From an uncultured Gemmatimonadales bacterium (GTDB taxonomy: Bacteria; Gemmatimonadota; Gemmatimonadetes; Gemmatimonadales; GWC2-71-9): a stretch of 64,000 nt of DNA. Position numbers and translations under genes: made by a program. Shown piece by piece: positions 1 to 10,193 of this stretch (positions are counted from its first letter, which is position 1; each line of letters opens with the position of its first letter). The notes beneath the pieces are model-generated. The model was not told where the DNA came from, made no database searches, and saw nothing but the letters and a program-made list of their open reading frames with translations. The stretch is from assembly GCA_963821525.1 (NCBI GenBank), contig CAWGED010000005.1:1-64000 (forward strand), read 5' to 3'.

Positions 1-1458
1 GAGGGCTGAGGATGGTTTGTTGCGTCCACGGCCAATGCCTGCGTGCTTCAGGCCCTCAAAGCCGGTGGTGTCGGGAAGCAAATGACAGGCATCCAGTACC
101 GCCGCCAATTTCTGGCTCTGACGGCGGATTTCCTCCCATCCTTCGGCGTACACCCGATGTGGCGTACAAAGCGCCACCACTTCCGCACCTTCGAGAGCCA
201 TCGGTAATTCGCGGGTGAAGTGACCTCCCAGCTCAAAACGCCGGAGATTCTGGTCTTCGGGGTACACGTACGGATCGTGAATGGTGAATGGGATTCCCCG
301 CTCGCGGAGCAGGCGTGCGAAGTAGAGGGTGGGAGAATTACGGGTATCCTCCGAGTTCCCCCGATAAGCCGCCCCCAGCAGCGCTACTCGACGGCCCCGG
401 AGTGAACCGAACGCGCGCTCGGCGACCGCGAGGGTCGTCGCGGGAGATTCGTCGTTGATCTTCCGAGCCTCGAGGATCAGGGAGCTCGACGTATCCTCGC
501 CGGCTTCCAGCGCTCGCCACCACAACAGAATGCCATCCTTCGGAAGACAATGGCCACCGACGCCCAGCATGGGGACAAGCAAGCCGCCGGTAGGAACCGC
601 CTGGCCATCGCCTGACGCGTCGTCGATCTGGCGGGCTCGCCCGTTGACCTGGTTTCGCAGGGCATAAAAGTCGAGATCTCGCGCATCGCAGTAACGCACC
701 ACCTCGGTCGCATAGGCGATCCGCACATCCCGGTAGGCGTTCTCCAGCGTCTTCACCACTTCGGCCGTCATGCTGTTTGTGGCGTGCAGCTTTCCTCGTG
801 TCACGATCCGTGAATAGATCCGCCGGATCAGACCCGGGGTCTCAGGGTGCAGTCCCGCAATGATCTTGTCCGAGTCCGCTACCCGCTCCACCAGCCGTCC
901 CGGCATGACCCGGTTTGGGCTGTTGCCAAGTAGGATGTCTTGTCCCTCGACCAGCCCATGGCGCGCGAAATGGTCCCGGATGACGGTTGCCATCGAGGAG
1001 GGGGCGAGGGTCGACTCAAATACGATGACTGGGATGTTGGCTGCCGGCTTCTTCTTCAGGGCGGCGGCGATCCCGGTCAAGGCTTCAAACAGGGGGCCAT
1101 AGTCCGGCTCATTGCCCTTCTTGTCGGTCTGCACCGAGACCAGAATCAGGTCGGCATCGGAAAGCGCGTCGTAATCGTGCGCCGCCGCAAGCAGCCCGGC
1201 TTCCACTGATTCTTTCACGATCCGGTCGAGGTCGGGCTCAACTCCGCCAATCGGGGAGCGTCCCTGGTTGATCGCGTCAACCTTCCACCCCGATGTCGGC
1301 GAGTTCCGTTGGACCACGAGCACCCGCGCCGGCTCGGTTGATCCTTCGCGGATCCGGGCATGGGCCAGCATGGCCGCCATGGGCATCCCGACGATGCCGG
1401 GGCCGACCACGGCGATCTTGTTGACCGTCCAACGGGGCGGATCGAGGGTCAGTGGCAT
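1..1458 (-). CDS. Nucleotide-sugar dehydrogenase (UDP-glucose/GDP-mannose/UDP-ManNAc dehydrogenase family), 3' end runs off the window
   Basis: Manual translation from ATG at 1458 (absent from the ORF track because no stop lies in the window): KIAVVGPGIVGMPMA Rossmann motif, FESTLAP, AEVVKTLENAYRDVRIA, catalytic GVGGHCLPKD, LLGAAYRGNSEDTRNSP. Confidence 0.9.
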   Translation of the reverse strand, partial: MPLTLDPPRWTVNKIAVVGPGIVGMPMAAMLAHARIREGSTEPARVLVVQRNSPTSGWKVDAINQGRSPIGGVEPDLDRIVKESVEAGLLAAAHDYDALSDADLILVSVQTDKKGNEPDYGPLFEALTGIAAALKKKPAANIPVIVFESTLAPSSMATVIRDHFARHGLVEGQDILLGNSPNRVMPGRLVERVADSDKIIAGLHPETPGLIRRIYSRIVTRGKLHATNSMTAEVVKTLENAYRDVRIAYATEVVRYCDARDLDFYALRNQVNGRARQIDDASGDGQAVPTGGLLVPMLGVGGHCLPKDGILLWWRALEAGEDTSSSLILEARKINDESPATTLAVAERAFGSLRGRRVALLGAAYRGNSEDTRNSPTLYFARLLRERGIPFTIHDPYVYPEDQNLRRFELGGHFTRELPMALEGAEVVALCTPHRVYAEGWEEIRRQSQKLAAVLDACHLLPDTTGFEGLKHAGIGRGRNKPSSAL

Positions 1459-3401
1459 GTGATAGTCGGTTTGTTGACCTGTCGCTTCATCGTCTCGTCC
1501 GTCCCGACCGCCCTGTCCGCCCCGTCAATGAATGTCCTGAACCACAACTCGAGATTCAGTAAACCCCAGAGCCGGCGACTGAAGGCCGTCTCGTAGTCCA
1601 TCAGCTTCTGCACTTCTTCTACGTCGAAGATCCCGCGCTCACGGCAGGCGCGAGAAAGCAGGATATCGGAGAAGAACTGACGGGATCGTCCCCGGGCCCA
1701 AAGATGGAGCGGGACCGGGAATCCCATCTTGTCCTTGCGGTGGAGTATGGGCGGAGGGAGCAGATCCTTGACCGCCCGCTTGAGGATGAACTTGAGCTCT
1801 CCTCCCTTGAACTTGAGCCGAGGCGGCATGCTGGTCACGAGATCGACGAGCCGGTAGTCGAGCAACGGTACCCGGGATTCAAGCGAGGAGGCCATGCTGA
1901 CTCGGTCCTCGACCTGCAGCAATGCAGGAAGGCCAGTGACCAGGTCATAGTTGGTCATCTTGTTGTAGTAGGACAGAGTCTGCGGGTGGTTGAATACTCC
2001 CTGGAACTGCGCGAAGATGGCCTCACTCGTCGTACTGGGCCCGAAACTCCGAGGTCAGCAGGCTGATCGCGCCACCGCTGCGGTCGATGAGCCGTGAAAT
2101 AGCGGCGGTCCATGTCCTCGAACATGCCGCTGCGCCAGAACTGCTGTAGCATCGGGACGTACTGCCGCAGGTAGTGGAGATTCGGGACGATGGATGCGAA
2201 GGTGACGACATGCTCCGCCTCTTCGTTGCTCTCGTAGATGGCTCCTTTGATTGCCTGCTCGAAGTAGGCCACCAAATAGCGGACGTACCCGCCGAAGATC
2301 TCGTCTCCTCCCTGGCCACCGAGGCAGACCTTCACGTGCCGTGCGGCGAGCCGCGACACGATGTATTGGGGAAAGAGTCCGGGGCCGGCCACCGGCTCGT
2401 CCATGTGGTAGAGCATGGTCGGCATCAGGTCCACGAACTCATCTTCTGTCGGAACCACTTCGAGCAATTCGGCGCCACAGTGTCAGGGCGACCTCGCGAG
2501 CATAGGGCGATTCATCGAACTCGGGCCCGTCCCGGAAGGCGCCATTGAAGGTCTTGAGCGGCGAACCGCTGAGCTTAGCCGCCAGCAGCGTGACGACGCT
2601 GGAGTCGAGGCCTCCGCTGAGGTAGGCGCCGACCGGCACATCGCTTCGCATCTGGAGCCGCACCGCATCTTCCACCAGCCGCTGCACCTCTTCGACGAAG
2701 TACTCCTCGGTGTGGTGCCGGTCGATCTCGAAACCCGGCTCCCAGTAGCGGGTGGTTCTGCGCTGGCCGGTGGAGCAATCGATCACCTGATAGTGTCCCG
2801 GCAGCAGCTTGCCGATTCCCCGAAAGAGCGTGCGCTCGCCGAGTACGTACTGGAACGTCAGGTAATCGTTGATCGATTCGGGATCAGGCTCTGCCTGAAC
2901 CTCGGGATGCCGCAGGAGAGCCTTGATCTCGGACGCGAATAGCAGGCAGTTGTGCCGGGTGTGGAAGTAGAGCGGCTTGACGCCGAGGTGGTCACGTGCC
3001 GCGAGCAGGCGTCCGCGCCTCCGATCGTACAGCAGGAAGGCAAACATGCCGTTCAGTCGCCGAACGCACTCGGGGCCGTACTCGGCGTACAACCGCAGGA
3101 TTACCTCGGTATCGGAGGTCGTCCTGAACGTGTGCCCCTTGGCGCGAAGCTCGTCCCGAAGCTCCACGTAATTGTAGATCTCACCATTAAAGACAATGGT
3201 GAAGCCGTCCACCTCCATCGGCTGATGGCCGGTGGTCAGGTCAATGATGGAGAGACGCTTGTGATAAAGGCCGAGAGGCCCGTCCAGGAAGGCGCCTTCG
3301 TCATCCGGGCCGCGATGGTTCAGGGCATCGGCCATGTGGCGCAGCAACCGGAGATCAACCGGTGCGCCGTCGAGTCGGAGGATGCCGACGATGCCGCACA
3401 T
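1449..3401 (-). CDS. asnB: Asparagine synthase (glutamine-hydrolysing)-type amidotransferase, split by 2 frameshifts
   Basis: N-terminal [71 protein letters not shown] across ORFs 2439-3401, 1955-2467 and 1449-1958. Confidence 0.9.
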
Positions 3402-3412
3402 ATTGCGACCCC

Positions 3413-3461
3413 TCAGCCTTCTGCCGTCAGACGGCTCGCCGCTGCCGACTGGCGGCTTCCC
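3413..3461. repeat. Imperfect inverted heptamer (CGTCAGC/GCTGACG-like) element in the 3' end of the deacetylase gene
   Basis: tcagcct-tctgccg-tcagacg followed by gctgccg-actggcg-gcttccc; encodes SRQSAA...LTAEG. Confidence 0.45.
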
Positions 3462-4465
3462 GCCGATGATTCACGGAGCACCGTGCGGTTGTCCATCGAG
3501 GGCCGAGGCAGATCGGAAGGCTCGGGCCGCTCCAGGATCGAACGGGCGTGCTGACTCATGGCGACCAGGCGATATCGCTCTCCCAACGCCCGCAGCACCT
3601 TGCGAAACAGGGCCATCTTGCGTGCGCCCGACAGGTCCATCCCGGGGAAGAACGCCAATTCCTTGACCTGGTCTCCACCCAGTACGTCGAGCGGATGCAG
3701 CAGGAAGCTCGGCTCCACACCCGATGCACGGCATGCCGCAAGAGCAGTACGCAAATACGACATCATCAGGCTTTCGGAGACTCGGGCCAGGTAGAGCAAG
3801 TAGCTCAGGTGAAACGGTGCCTTGAGCACCGGCATCGTCGTTACCGGGATTTCCAGCAGGGTACGTCCCCCCGATAGAGACCAGCGGTAGGGCTTTACCG
3901 GACGCAACCCGTCGCGAAAGCTGCCGAAGAGCTGCTTCCGCTCGGCACGCTGTGCGGGGGTGAGGCGTGCGGTCCAGAAGTAGTACGCCCGGGCGAGCGG
4001 GCCGATGTAGGTCGGCAGCGTTGACGCGTCGTAGAGGTATCCGCGGTCCGCCAATACCTCGAGGAGATCGCGACTCCAACTGTACCCCGGCCCTCGGAAC
4101 CCGATCGGTCGGACTCCGGTTACCTGGGCGAGCGCGTCCTCCGCCTCGGCGATGTCGGCCTCGAGTCGGTCTCGGGGATAGAGGTGTAGCCAGGGCTCGT
4201 GCTGAAATGAATGGTTTCCGACCTCGTGACCGCGACTGATGAGGGACTGGAAGGCCTGGCGGTTGCCAGGCTGCGCCGCGTCCACTCCCACGCAGAAGAA
4301 GGTGATCCGCAGGCCGAGCTCATCCAGGGCGTCGAGCAGGGGCGGGAAGAAGGCGTCGAGATAGGACGGCCGACTCTCCCACCCTGCGTCCCCGTGCGTT
4401 TTGAGGTAGGACCACAGGTTGTCCACGTCGAGCGAAACGCTGGCCAGGGGTCGCGTGTCGGTCAT
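3413..4465 (-). CDS. Polysaccharide deacetylase (CE4/NodB family)
   Basis: SLDVDN, ITFFCVG, HEVGNHSFQH, GFRGPG, YLYDAS, LLEIPVT, FLLHPLD. Confidence 0.85.
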   Translation of the reverse strand: MTDTRPLASVSLDVDNLWSYLKTHGDAGWESRPSYLDAFFPPLLDALDELGLRITFFCVGVDAAQPGNRQAFQSLISRGHEVGNHSFQHEPWLHLYPRDRLEADIAEAEDALAQVTGVRPIGFRGPGYSWSRDLLEVLADRGYLYDASTLPTYIGPLARAYYFWTARLTPAQRAERKQLFGSFRDGLRPVKPYRWSLSGGRTLLEIPVTTMPVLKAPFHLSYLLYLARVSESLMMSYLRTALAACRASGVEPSFLLHPLDVLGGDQVKELAFFPGMDLSGARKMALFRKVLRALGERYRLVAMSQHARSILERPEPSDLPRPSMDNRTVLRESSAGSRQSAAASRLTAEG

Positions 4466-5820
4466 GAAGTGGCTGTTTGCACCACGTTGGGCGTCAGATA
4501 TCGCTCCAATTCAATCGCCTTCTGGTTGGCGAGCCCGATCGTCTCGTTGAGATTCAGAGTGCCGTTGGCGATCTGCGCCGAGTTCACTATGAAGACATGT
4601 GCGAGCGAGGTTCGTGCCGGCGGCAGGTTCTGTGCCGTGTATTGAAGCGTCGAGACCGCGAGCACCTCGCGCACCCGTGAGACTTCGAACGCGAGAACAT
4701 CCTCCCGCCGGAAGTGCGGATACATCCGTTCGAGCGCGGCCAGGAACTCCTCCTTCACTTCCGCGTCGCTCCGTTGCCAGAACGGGTCATCCTGGGTCAG
4801 GTAACGCGGCAGGTAAACGAGCGAATTCCCTCCGAACGCCGAGCGATCCACCAGGGCGGTCATCTCGATGACTGCGGTAAACGGCACCCAGCTCTCGGTA
4901 ATGTTGGTGACGTAGTATCCGGCAAGAGGCCGGCGCAGTAGCAGCGACGCGCAGGTGATCCCCTGGTACACGACACTCTTCAGTCGCTCCCGCTCCGCCC
5001 CGGTCAGTTCCGGGCACATCGCGGCGACCTTCCCGCAGGGAACCGTCAGGATCACGTCGTCGAACTGGAGGGCTTCACCGTTGGCCAATCGTACGGTCGC
5101 CGCGTCCGCCGGTCCGCCGGTCCGCCGGTCCCGCCCTCGACCGCCTCGACCGACGCCCCGCAGCGGAATTGCACTCCCTCGGCCTCCAACCGTTCGCGAA
5201 GCCGCGGCAAGCACCTCGGCATATCCCCCTTCCACATAGCCGAACATCTCGCGCTTCAAGCCCGACCGCCGCGCCGCGTACATCCTGGCGATGATGGCCC
5301 AGATGAAGGCCGCGCTCGCCAGGCGGTAGTTCTCTCCCAGCTTGCTCTTGAGTAGCGGAATCCAGATCCGCTCCAGTGTCCGGCGACCTGACAGCCGCCC
5401 CAGCCATTCCGTCACCGGGACGGCCTCGAGCGGCTGCCCATCGCGAATGCGAGATGCGTAAAGAATCGTCGCGGCGAGCCGGACTTTGTCCACCAGGTTG
5501 AGCGGCGGGAACCTGAGAAACTCGAGACTAGTCGAAAGGGAAAACAGCTTGCCATCGGTATAGAACCCGGTGCGGGTAGTACCCCACCGCAGCCGGTCTG
5601 CGAGACCAAGTTCCTCGAGTAACGCTCTGAGGTTGCTGTCGGACATCAGGATCACGTGGTAGAACCGGTCCCACGTGAATCCGCCGATGGACTGGGGAGC
5701 GGCAAGGCCGCCGGTCGCGGCGGCTCCTTCGATCACGGTGACCGAATGCCCGCTGCGGCGTAGACGTAGGGCGAGAGTCATCCCCAGCACTCCGCCGCCC
5801 ACCACGGCGACATCAGACAC
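4462..5820 (-). CDS. NAD(P)/FAD-dependent oxidoreductase (HemY/amine-oxidase-like, glycan-locus type)
   Basis: VAVVGGGVLGM, GGLAA...WDRFYHVI, GYVEGGY; GTG start at 5820 overlaps the upstream stop; internal compensated frame change at about 5104-5205. Confidence 0.8.
   Translation of the reverse strand: MSDVAVVGGGVLGMTLALRLRRSGHSVTVIEGAAATGGLAAPQSIGGFTWDRFYHVILMSDSNLRALLEELGLADRLRWGTTRTGFYTDGKLFSLSTSLEFLRFPPLNLVDKVRLAATILYASRIRDGQPLEAVPVTEWLGRLSGRRTLERIWIPLLKSKLGENYRLASAAFIWAIIARMYAARRSGLKREMFGYVEGGYAEVLAAASRTVGGRGSAIPLRGVGRGGRGRDRRTGGPADAATVRLANGEALQFDDVILTVPCGKVAAMCPELTGAERERLKSVVYQGITCASLLLRRPLAGYYVTNITESWVPFTAVIEMTALVDRSAFGGNSLVYLPRYLTQDDPFWQRSDAEVKEEFLAALERMYPHFRREDVLAFEVSRVREVLAVSTLQYTAQNLPPARTSLAHVFIVNSAQIANGTLNLNETIGLANQKAIELERYLTPNVVQTATS
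5104..5131. repeat. 8-bp tandem repeat (GTCCGCCG)x3.5 inside a coding region
   Basis: gtccgccg gtccgccg gtccgccg gtcc read directly. Confidence 0.85.
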
Positions 5821-7546
5821 CCTGGCGCTCCACGGCAACGGTGGTGTCGGTCATGGTGCTCTTCGGGTCCACCGGCTGGAGTCGAGCCTGTTGCCCGCTC
5901 ATCCGCACGGCAGTGAGCCGTGCCAGGAGTCCCAGATGTCCCAGGATCGTCGTCAGTACTCGCATCTTGGAGCGACCCAGCATCCTCACCTGCAGGGTGG
6001 CCGGGAATTCCACGATGGTCCCCCCCGCCAAGTCCAGCCTGGCGAGCAACTCGACGATGCCCAGGAAGTCGGTGTTCCGAACCCCCACCTGCAACACTCG
6101 CTCCCGACGATAAACCCGGAAACAGGCCGTGTAGGTGTGCAGCTTGTGCCGGAGGAGCAGTCGGTAGAGCCGCGAGAGGGAACGGGAGAGCGAGAGTCGC
6201 CAGGCTGGCAGGTTACGCACGCTGCCTCGGGGGTGATAAGGCGACGCGGTCACCAGGTCTACATCGGCCGCGAGTAAAGGAATCATCTCGCCAAGGACAT
6301 GGGGATCGTAGGTACAGTCACAGTCAATGGAGCAGACGACATCGGTTTCGGCCGCAGCTAGTCCGGTGCCGATTGCGCCGGCCACGCCGAGGTTCCTGGG
6401 ATGGCTCACGATTCTATGGTTGGCCCGCTGGCCGAACAGTCGCTGCAACGCACCCAGTGTGTCGTCGCTGCTCTTGTCATCCACAAACAGGAACTGCAGG
6501 CGGTACCGGTTCCCCAGTTCTTCTTCCACGCTGCGCAGGGTGTTCGCCAGATAGGGCAGGATCAGCTCTTCGTTATAGCAGGGAACCACAATCGTCGCCG
6601 GGAGTCGCCCGTCCGCCGCCTTGGGGGAAGCCCGTACGATCGGCACTGGAGCGGGTGCTGCGGGCTTGGGGGGCGGAGGCGGCTGAGTCTGCACCGCGAG
6701 CCCCAAGTGGTCCGCCACCGCCGTGAAACGGTAGCGAGAGAGGTATTCTCTGATCCGGTCCGGCATGCGGTCCAGATTGCGATAGGTTCGCACTCGCTGA
6801 ATCCAGGAAGCCGCGCTGATCTTGGGTGGATCGGGATCAAGCTCCCACACATGGAAATACATCAGGTACGGCGAAGTGTAAGTCCTGGTCCAATGCTCCA
6901 CCGCGCGTCGCACCAGCCAGGGCGGAAGCTGGCGGTACCAGTTGCCACCTGCGATCGGCACGCCCAACCCAAATAACTCGATCGATGAAATCGGGAACTC
7001 CCAAAGAGTGCGATCCCCGAACTGATGCAGATGGGCGAAGCGCCGCCACGGCTCCGACGCGAAGCGGCCCAGAACCGAGCACACACTCGAGTCGTACTCG
7101 TACCCTTCCTCGCAAAGCACGTCGAGCGCCCACAGGTCGACTGGCCGCAGCCACTCATCCGCCACTCGATAGCCGAGAATTCGCTGACCGGAGGCGCGAC
7201 GAAGCGCCTCCCGGGCCCGGGCCAGATCCTCGCGAAACTCACCCGGGGTCATCGCCCGCATGCTTCGATGGTAGTAGCCCTTGCTGGCAACCTCGTGGCC
7301 TCGCCGCGCGATTTCGGCGATCAGCTCGGGCATCGTATCGGCGATCCAGCCCAGCACGAAAAAGGTTCCCCGGACTCCGAATTCATCGAGGAGATCGAGG
7401 GCCCGCCTGGTGTTGGCCTCCACCCGAGGCTCGAACCGGTACCACTCCCCGCGCTGGATGAGCCGGTTGAATGAGCCGACCTGGAAGTAGTCCTCCACGG
7501 CCACGGTCACGAGATGGCGTCGCGCTGCGGATTCAGTCGAAGGCAT
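5813..7546 (-). CDS. Fusion: DUF3473-type polysaccharide deacetylase (XrtA/PEP-CTERM-locus subfamily) + Pro-rich linker + GT2 glycosyltransferase
   Basis: TVAVEDYFQV, GTFFVLGWIA, YEYDSS, PIAGGNWYR, YFHVWELDPD; linker PPPPPKPAAPAP; then IVVPCYNEE, FVDDKSSD, IDCDCTY; single open frame, ATG at 7546. Confidence 0.85.
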   Translation of the reverse strand: MPSTESAARRHLVTVAVEDYFQVGSFNRLIQRGEWYRFEPRVEANTRRALDLLDEFGVRGTFFVLGWIADTMPELIAEIARRGHEVASKGYYHRSMRAMTPGEFREDLARAREALRRASGQRILGYRVADEWLRPVDLWALDVLCEEGYEYDSSVCSVLGRFASEPWRRFAHLHQFGDRTLWEFPISSIELFGLGVPIAGGNWYRQLPPWLVRRAVEHWTRTYTSPYLMYFHVWELDPDPPKISAASWIQRVRTYRNLDRMPDRIREYLSRYRFTAVADHLGLAVQTQPPPPPKPAAPAPVPIVRASPKAADGRLPATIVVPCYNEELILPYLANTLRSVEEELGNRYRLQFLFVDDKSSDDTLGALQRLFGQRANHRIVSHPRNLGVAGAIGTGLAAAETDVVCSIDCDCTYDPHVLGEMIPLLAADVDLVTASPYHPRGSVRNLPAWRLSLSRSLSRLYRLLLRHKLHTYTACFRVYRRERVLQVGVRNTDFLGIVELLARLDLAGGTIVEFPATLQVRMLGRSKMRVLTTILGHLGLLARLTAVRMSGQQARLQPVDPKSTMTDTTVAVERQGV

Positions 7547-7614
7547 ACCAGTCCGGCGTGAGGTGCGGGACCCTAATGAGCAATAATTTACGGTCCCGGA
7601 GCACATGAGGCGTT

Positions 7615-7630
7615 AGCAAGAGAGAGGCCA
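7615..7630 (-). promoter_or_regulatory. Putative sigma54 (-24/-12) promoter for the leftward operon
   Basis: Reverse strand TGGCCT-CTCTC-TTGCT, GG-N10-GC spacing, about 70 nt upstream of ATG 7546. Confidence 0.6.
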
Positions 7631-7653
7631 AGCACTGGCCTCTCGCGAGCCAT

Positions 7654-7669
7654 TGGCATCCTCCTTGCC
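7654..7669 (+). promoter_or_regulatory. Putative sigma54 (-24/-12) promoter for the rightward gene
   Basis: TGGCAT-CCTCC-TTGCC, GG-N10-GC spacing, 18 nt upstream of ATG 7687. Confidence 0.6.
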
Positions 7670-7686
7670 AAGTCCTACCTCCCTTT

Positions 7687-9310
7687 ATGGCTACGACCTC
7701 TTCCGCATCCCCTGACCAGCCAGCCTCCGTGCGTCCGTCCAGAGTCCAATGGACCCTGGTTCTGATCCTGCTCGCAATTCACGCAGTTGCTGCCTGGCTC
7801 GTGCGCCCTCCCCTCCTGACTCCTCAGTCCAACGACGATGGACTATACCTGCTGCTCAGCCGGTCATTGCGCCATCTGAAGTACGTAGATACCCACGTCG
7901 TGGGTACGCCGTATCAAGCACAGTATCCACCCGGCTACCCGGCCATCCTCGCGGTCACGGGGGCGCTGTTTGGCGATGGGCTGGATGTCGCACACGCTAC
8001 CACGATTCTGATGTCCGTACTGGGCCTGCTGGTACTGTTCGACCTGGCCCGACGATTGATCGGTCCGTGGCCTGCTCTTGCTCTGCTGGGTGCACTCGCC
8101 CTCAACAACCAACTGCTTGAGTTCTCCAGCCGCCTTGCCTCCGAACAGCCCTACATCGCGCTGAGCATGCTTACGCTTTGGGCGGCGGTCGCGCTGCCCG
8201 AAGGCCCGCGGCGGATATGGGTTGTCGGAGCGACCAGCATCCTCGCGGCGCTTACCCGCAGTGTCGGAATCGCCCTCGTAGCCGCAGTCCTTCTGACTGT
8301 GGCTGCTGGAGCGGCGTTACCGCGCTGCCGCCGCGTACGGACTCGCCGCCGGTGTTACCGTCGGCGCCTGGATGTTGTGGAACTTCCTGGCTCCCAACCA
8401 GTTCTCGGAGCGCTCATATGCCGCGGTATTGTCCAAGCCGCGTACGGCGCATCCGGGGTTGCTCGACTCGGCATTGACCCGGTGCATCACATTCTTCAAG
8501 ACCTACATTGTTGGCTCGGCCCAGGCGGGCCTCGAAGTTCCGACGATACCCGGCACGGGAATCGACAATGCCATCTGGCTGGGACTGATTCTAGGGCTGG
8601 GCGGCATCGGTATACTGCTGGCGTGGCGTCGGGCGCGTCTGATCCCGCTGTATGTCGCGATCTATTTTGCGGTCCTGATGGTCTACCCCGTCAAGCTCTC
8701 CCGCTTCTACGCACCCTTGGTCCCGCTGGAACTGCTGGCGATGCTGATGGGCGTGGCCTGGTTGAGTCGGCGCCGTCCTCGCGCCGTGCTTCCGCTGAGC
8801 CTGGCCATCACCCTGCCCATCATGGCATCCACCTGGAGATCCGCGCTGACTGAGCTGGCCGAGGCCGGGCGATGCCGCCGGGTGAGCACTCCGACCAACC
8901 CGCAATGTTTCCCTCCAGCCGGACGGGCCTTCCTCGCGGCAGTCCGCTACGCCGCAGACAGCCTGCCGCCCGGCTCAGCGGTCCTCACCATCAAAGAGTC
9001 GCCGTTCTACTACTACACCGGTCACCGGGTCATGCATCCGCAATTGCCGGTCGTGAAAGCCAGGGACCACGTCCTGTCCTACATCACCCAGCGCGGGGTC
9101 TACTACATCGTCCTCTCGGCCTACCCCGGAGGCGGCGTGGTGGCCGGGACCCTCAGCTCTGATTGCCACCATTTGGAGCAGCTGTTCGCCGTGGAGCCTT
9201 TGACCTATGTGCTTCGAGTCCAGCGGCCAGGCGAGCCGCCGCCGCGGGTTGATGGCTGTACTGCTGTCACGGATGCAATTCTGCATACTAGGAAAAGCGG
9301 AGACCGTTAG
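7687..9310 (+). CDS. Polytopic membrane protein, GT-C (ArnT/PMT-like) glycosyltransferase, 1 frameshift
   Basis: TM1 then NDDGLY acidic loop, YPPGYP, SEQPY, LTRSVG, RFYAP; many hydrophobic helices; ORFs 7687-8853 and 8372-9310 join near 8310. Confidence 0.7.
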
Positions 9311-9719
9311 GCACAGTCTGCCCAAATCCTCACATCTCCCTCTCGGATTGGAGTGTTGCGTCGAGGCAACATACTGCGGTGTGGGTCCATCTAGTGGCGA
9401 ATTGTATGGCGCAAATACCTCGATGTGTTGGACCGATCCCCGTGAACATGACGTTTGCGGACCCCAGGCGTCACGGGTTTGACCGTTAGGCCCGATTCGA
9501 GGTCTGGCCAGCCGAGGCCTGAACTCGTCCTCATGCCGCAGGCATGTCGATTTGAGGCGGATCCAGTAGATGTTTCACTAATTATTGCCGGGTATAAGGT
9601 TATGAACAGCACTCGGCGAACGATCCCAACAAAAATGGCTGGTCGGAGGTTCCTAGGTGGCCCCTCCTTTGCTCTTCGGTACTAGATATGGGCTTCCGAT
9701 TCAGCAACTCCTTGCGCCA

Positions 9720-10193
9720 ATGAGCGATGCACTGTCCGCCCCGGCCGGGGAAACCAGTCCGGGGGGGACCGACCATGGGGGCATTCTGCGGCCAATTCTG
9801 GCGTTGCTGCTTCTCGCCTCCGGGCATCCGTCACGGCTGACGCCGGCGCTGCGGGCAGTGGCTCGCGCGTGCAGTGATTTTGGGGTGCGGCTTGTTGTGA
9901 TATGGCCCGGCGCCGTAGCGAGCTTACGTGCCATTCCCGAGGCGGGTGACCTCGAGGTCGTGTCCGTGCCTCCCGAGTCCGAGCTTATGGAACGACGCCG
10001 GATTGCCGCGGCCCAGGTGAGCGCTGACCTGATGATGTTCGTCGACGAGCGGGACGTGGAGCACCAAGTCTGGTCGGAAGTGCTGGCCAGCCGGGTGGGA
10101 TTCCTGCGCGGTACCAAGCCGGATGAGCCGGGAGTCGATTGGCGGGCTACCCTCGCCGACCTTGGCGTGAAGCCCGATGCCGACATCCGCTGA
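9720..10193 (+). CDS. Hypothetical protein, possibly a degenerate GT-A N-terminal half
   Basis: Alternating beta/alpha pattern, RRRIAAAQVSADLMMFVDE resembles the GT2 segment before DxD; overlaps the next gene start. Confidence 0.5.
   Translation: MSDALSAPAGETSPGGTDHGGILRPILALLLLASGHPSRLTPALRAVARACSDFGVRLVVIWPGAVASLRAIPEAGDLEVVSVPPESELMERRRIAAAQVSADLMMFVDERDVEHQVWSEVLASRVGFLRGTKPDEPGVDWRATLADLGVKPDADIR

Noticed and set aside
9311..9719. Possible ncRNA or defined promoter in the 400-nt gap
   Set aside because: Only an AT-rich stretch near 9570-9605; no convincing -35/-10 pair, sigma54 spacing or known RNA motif
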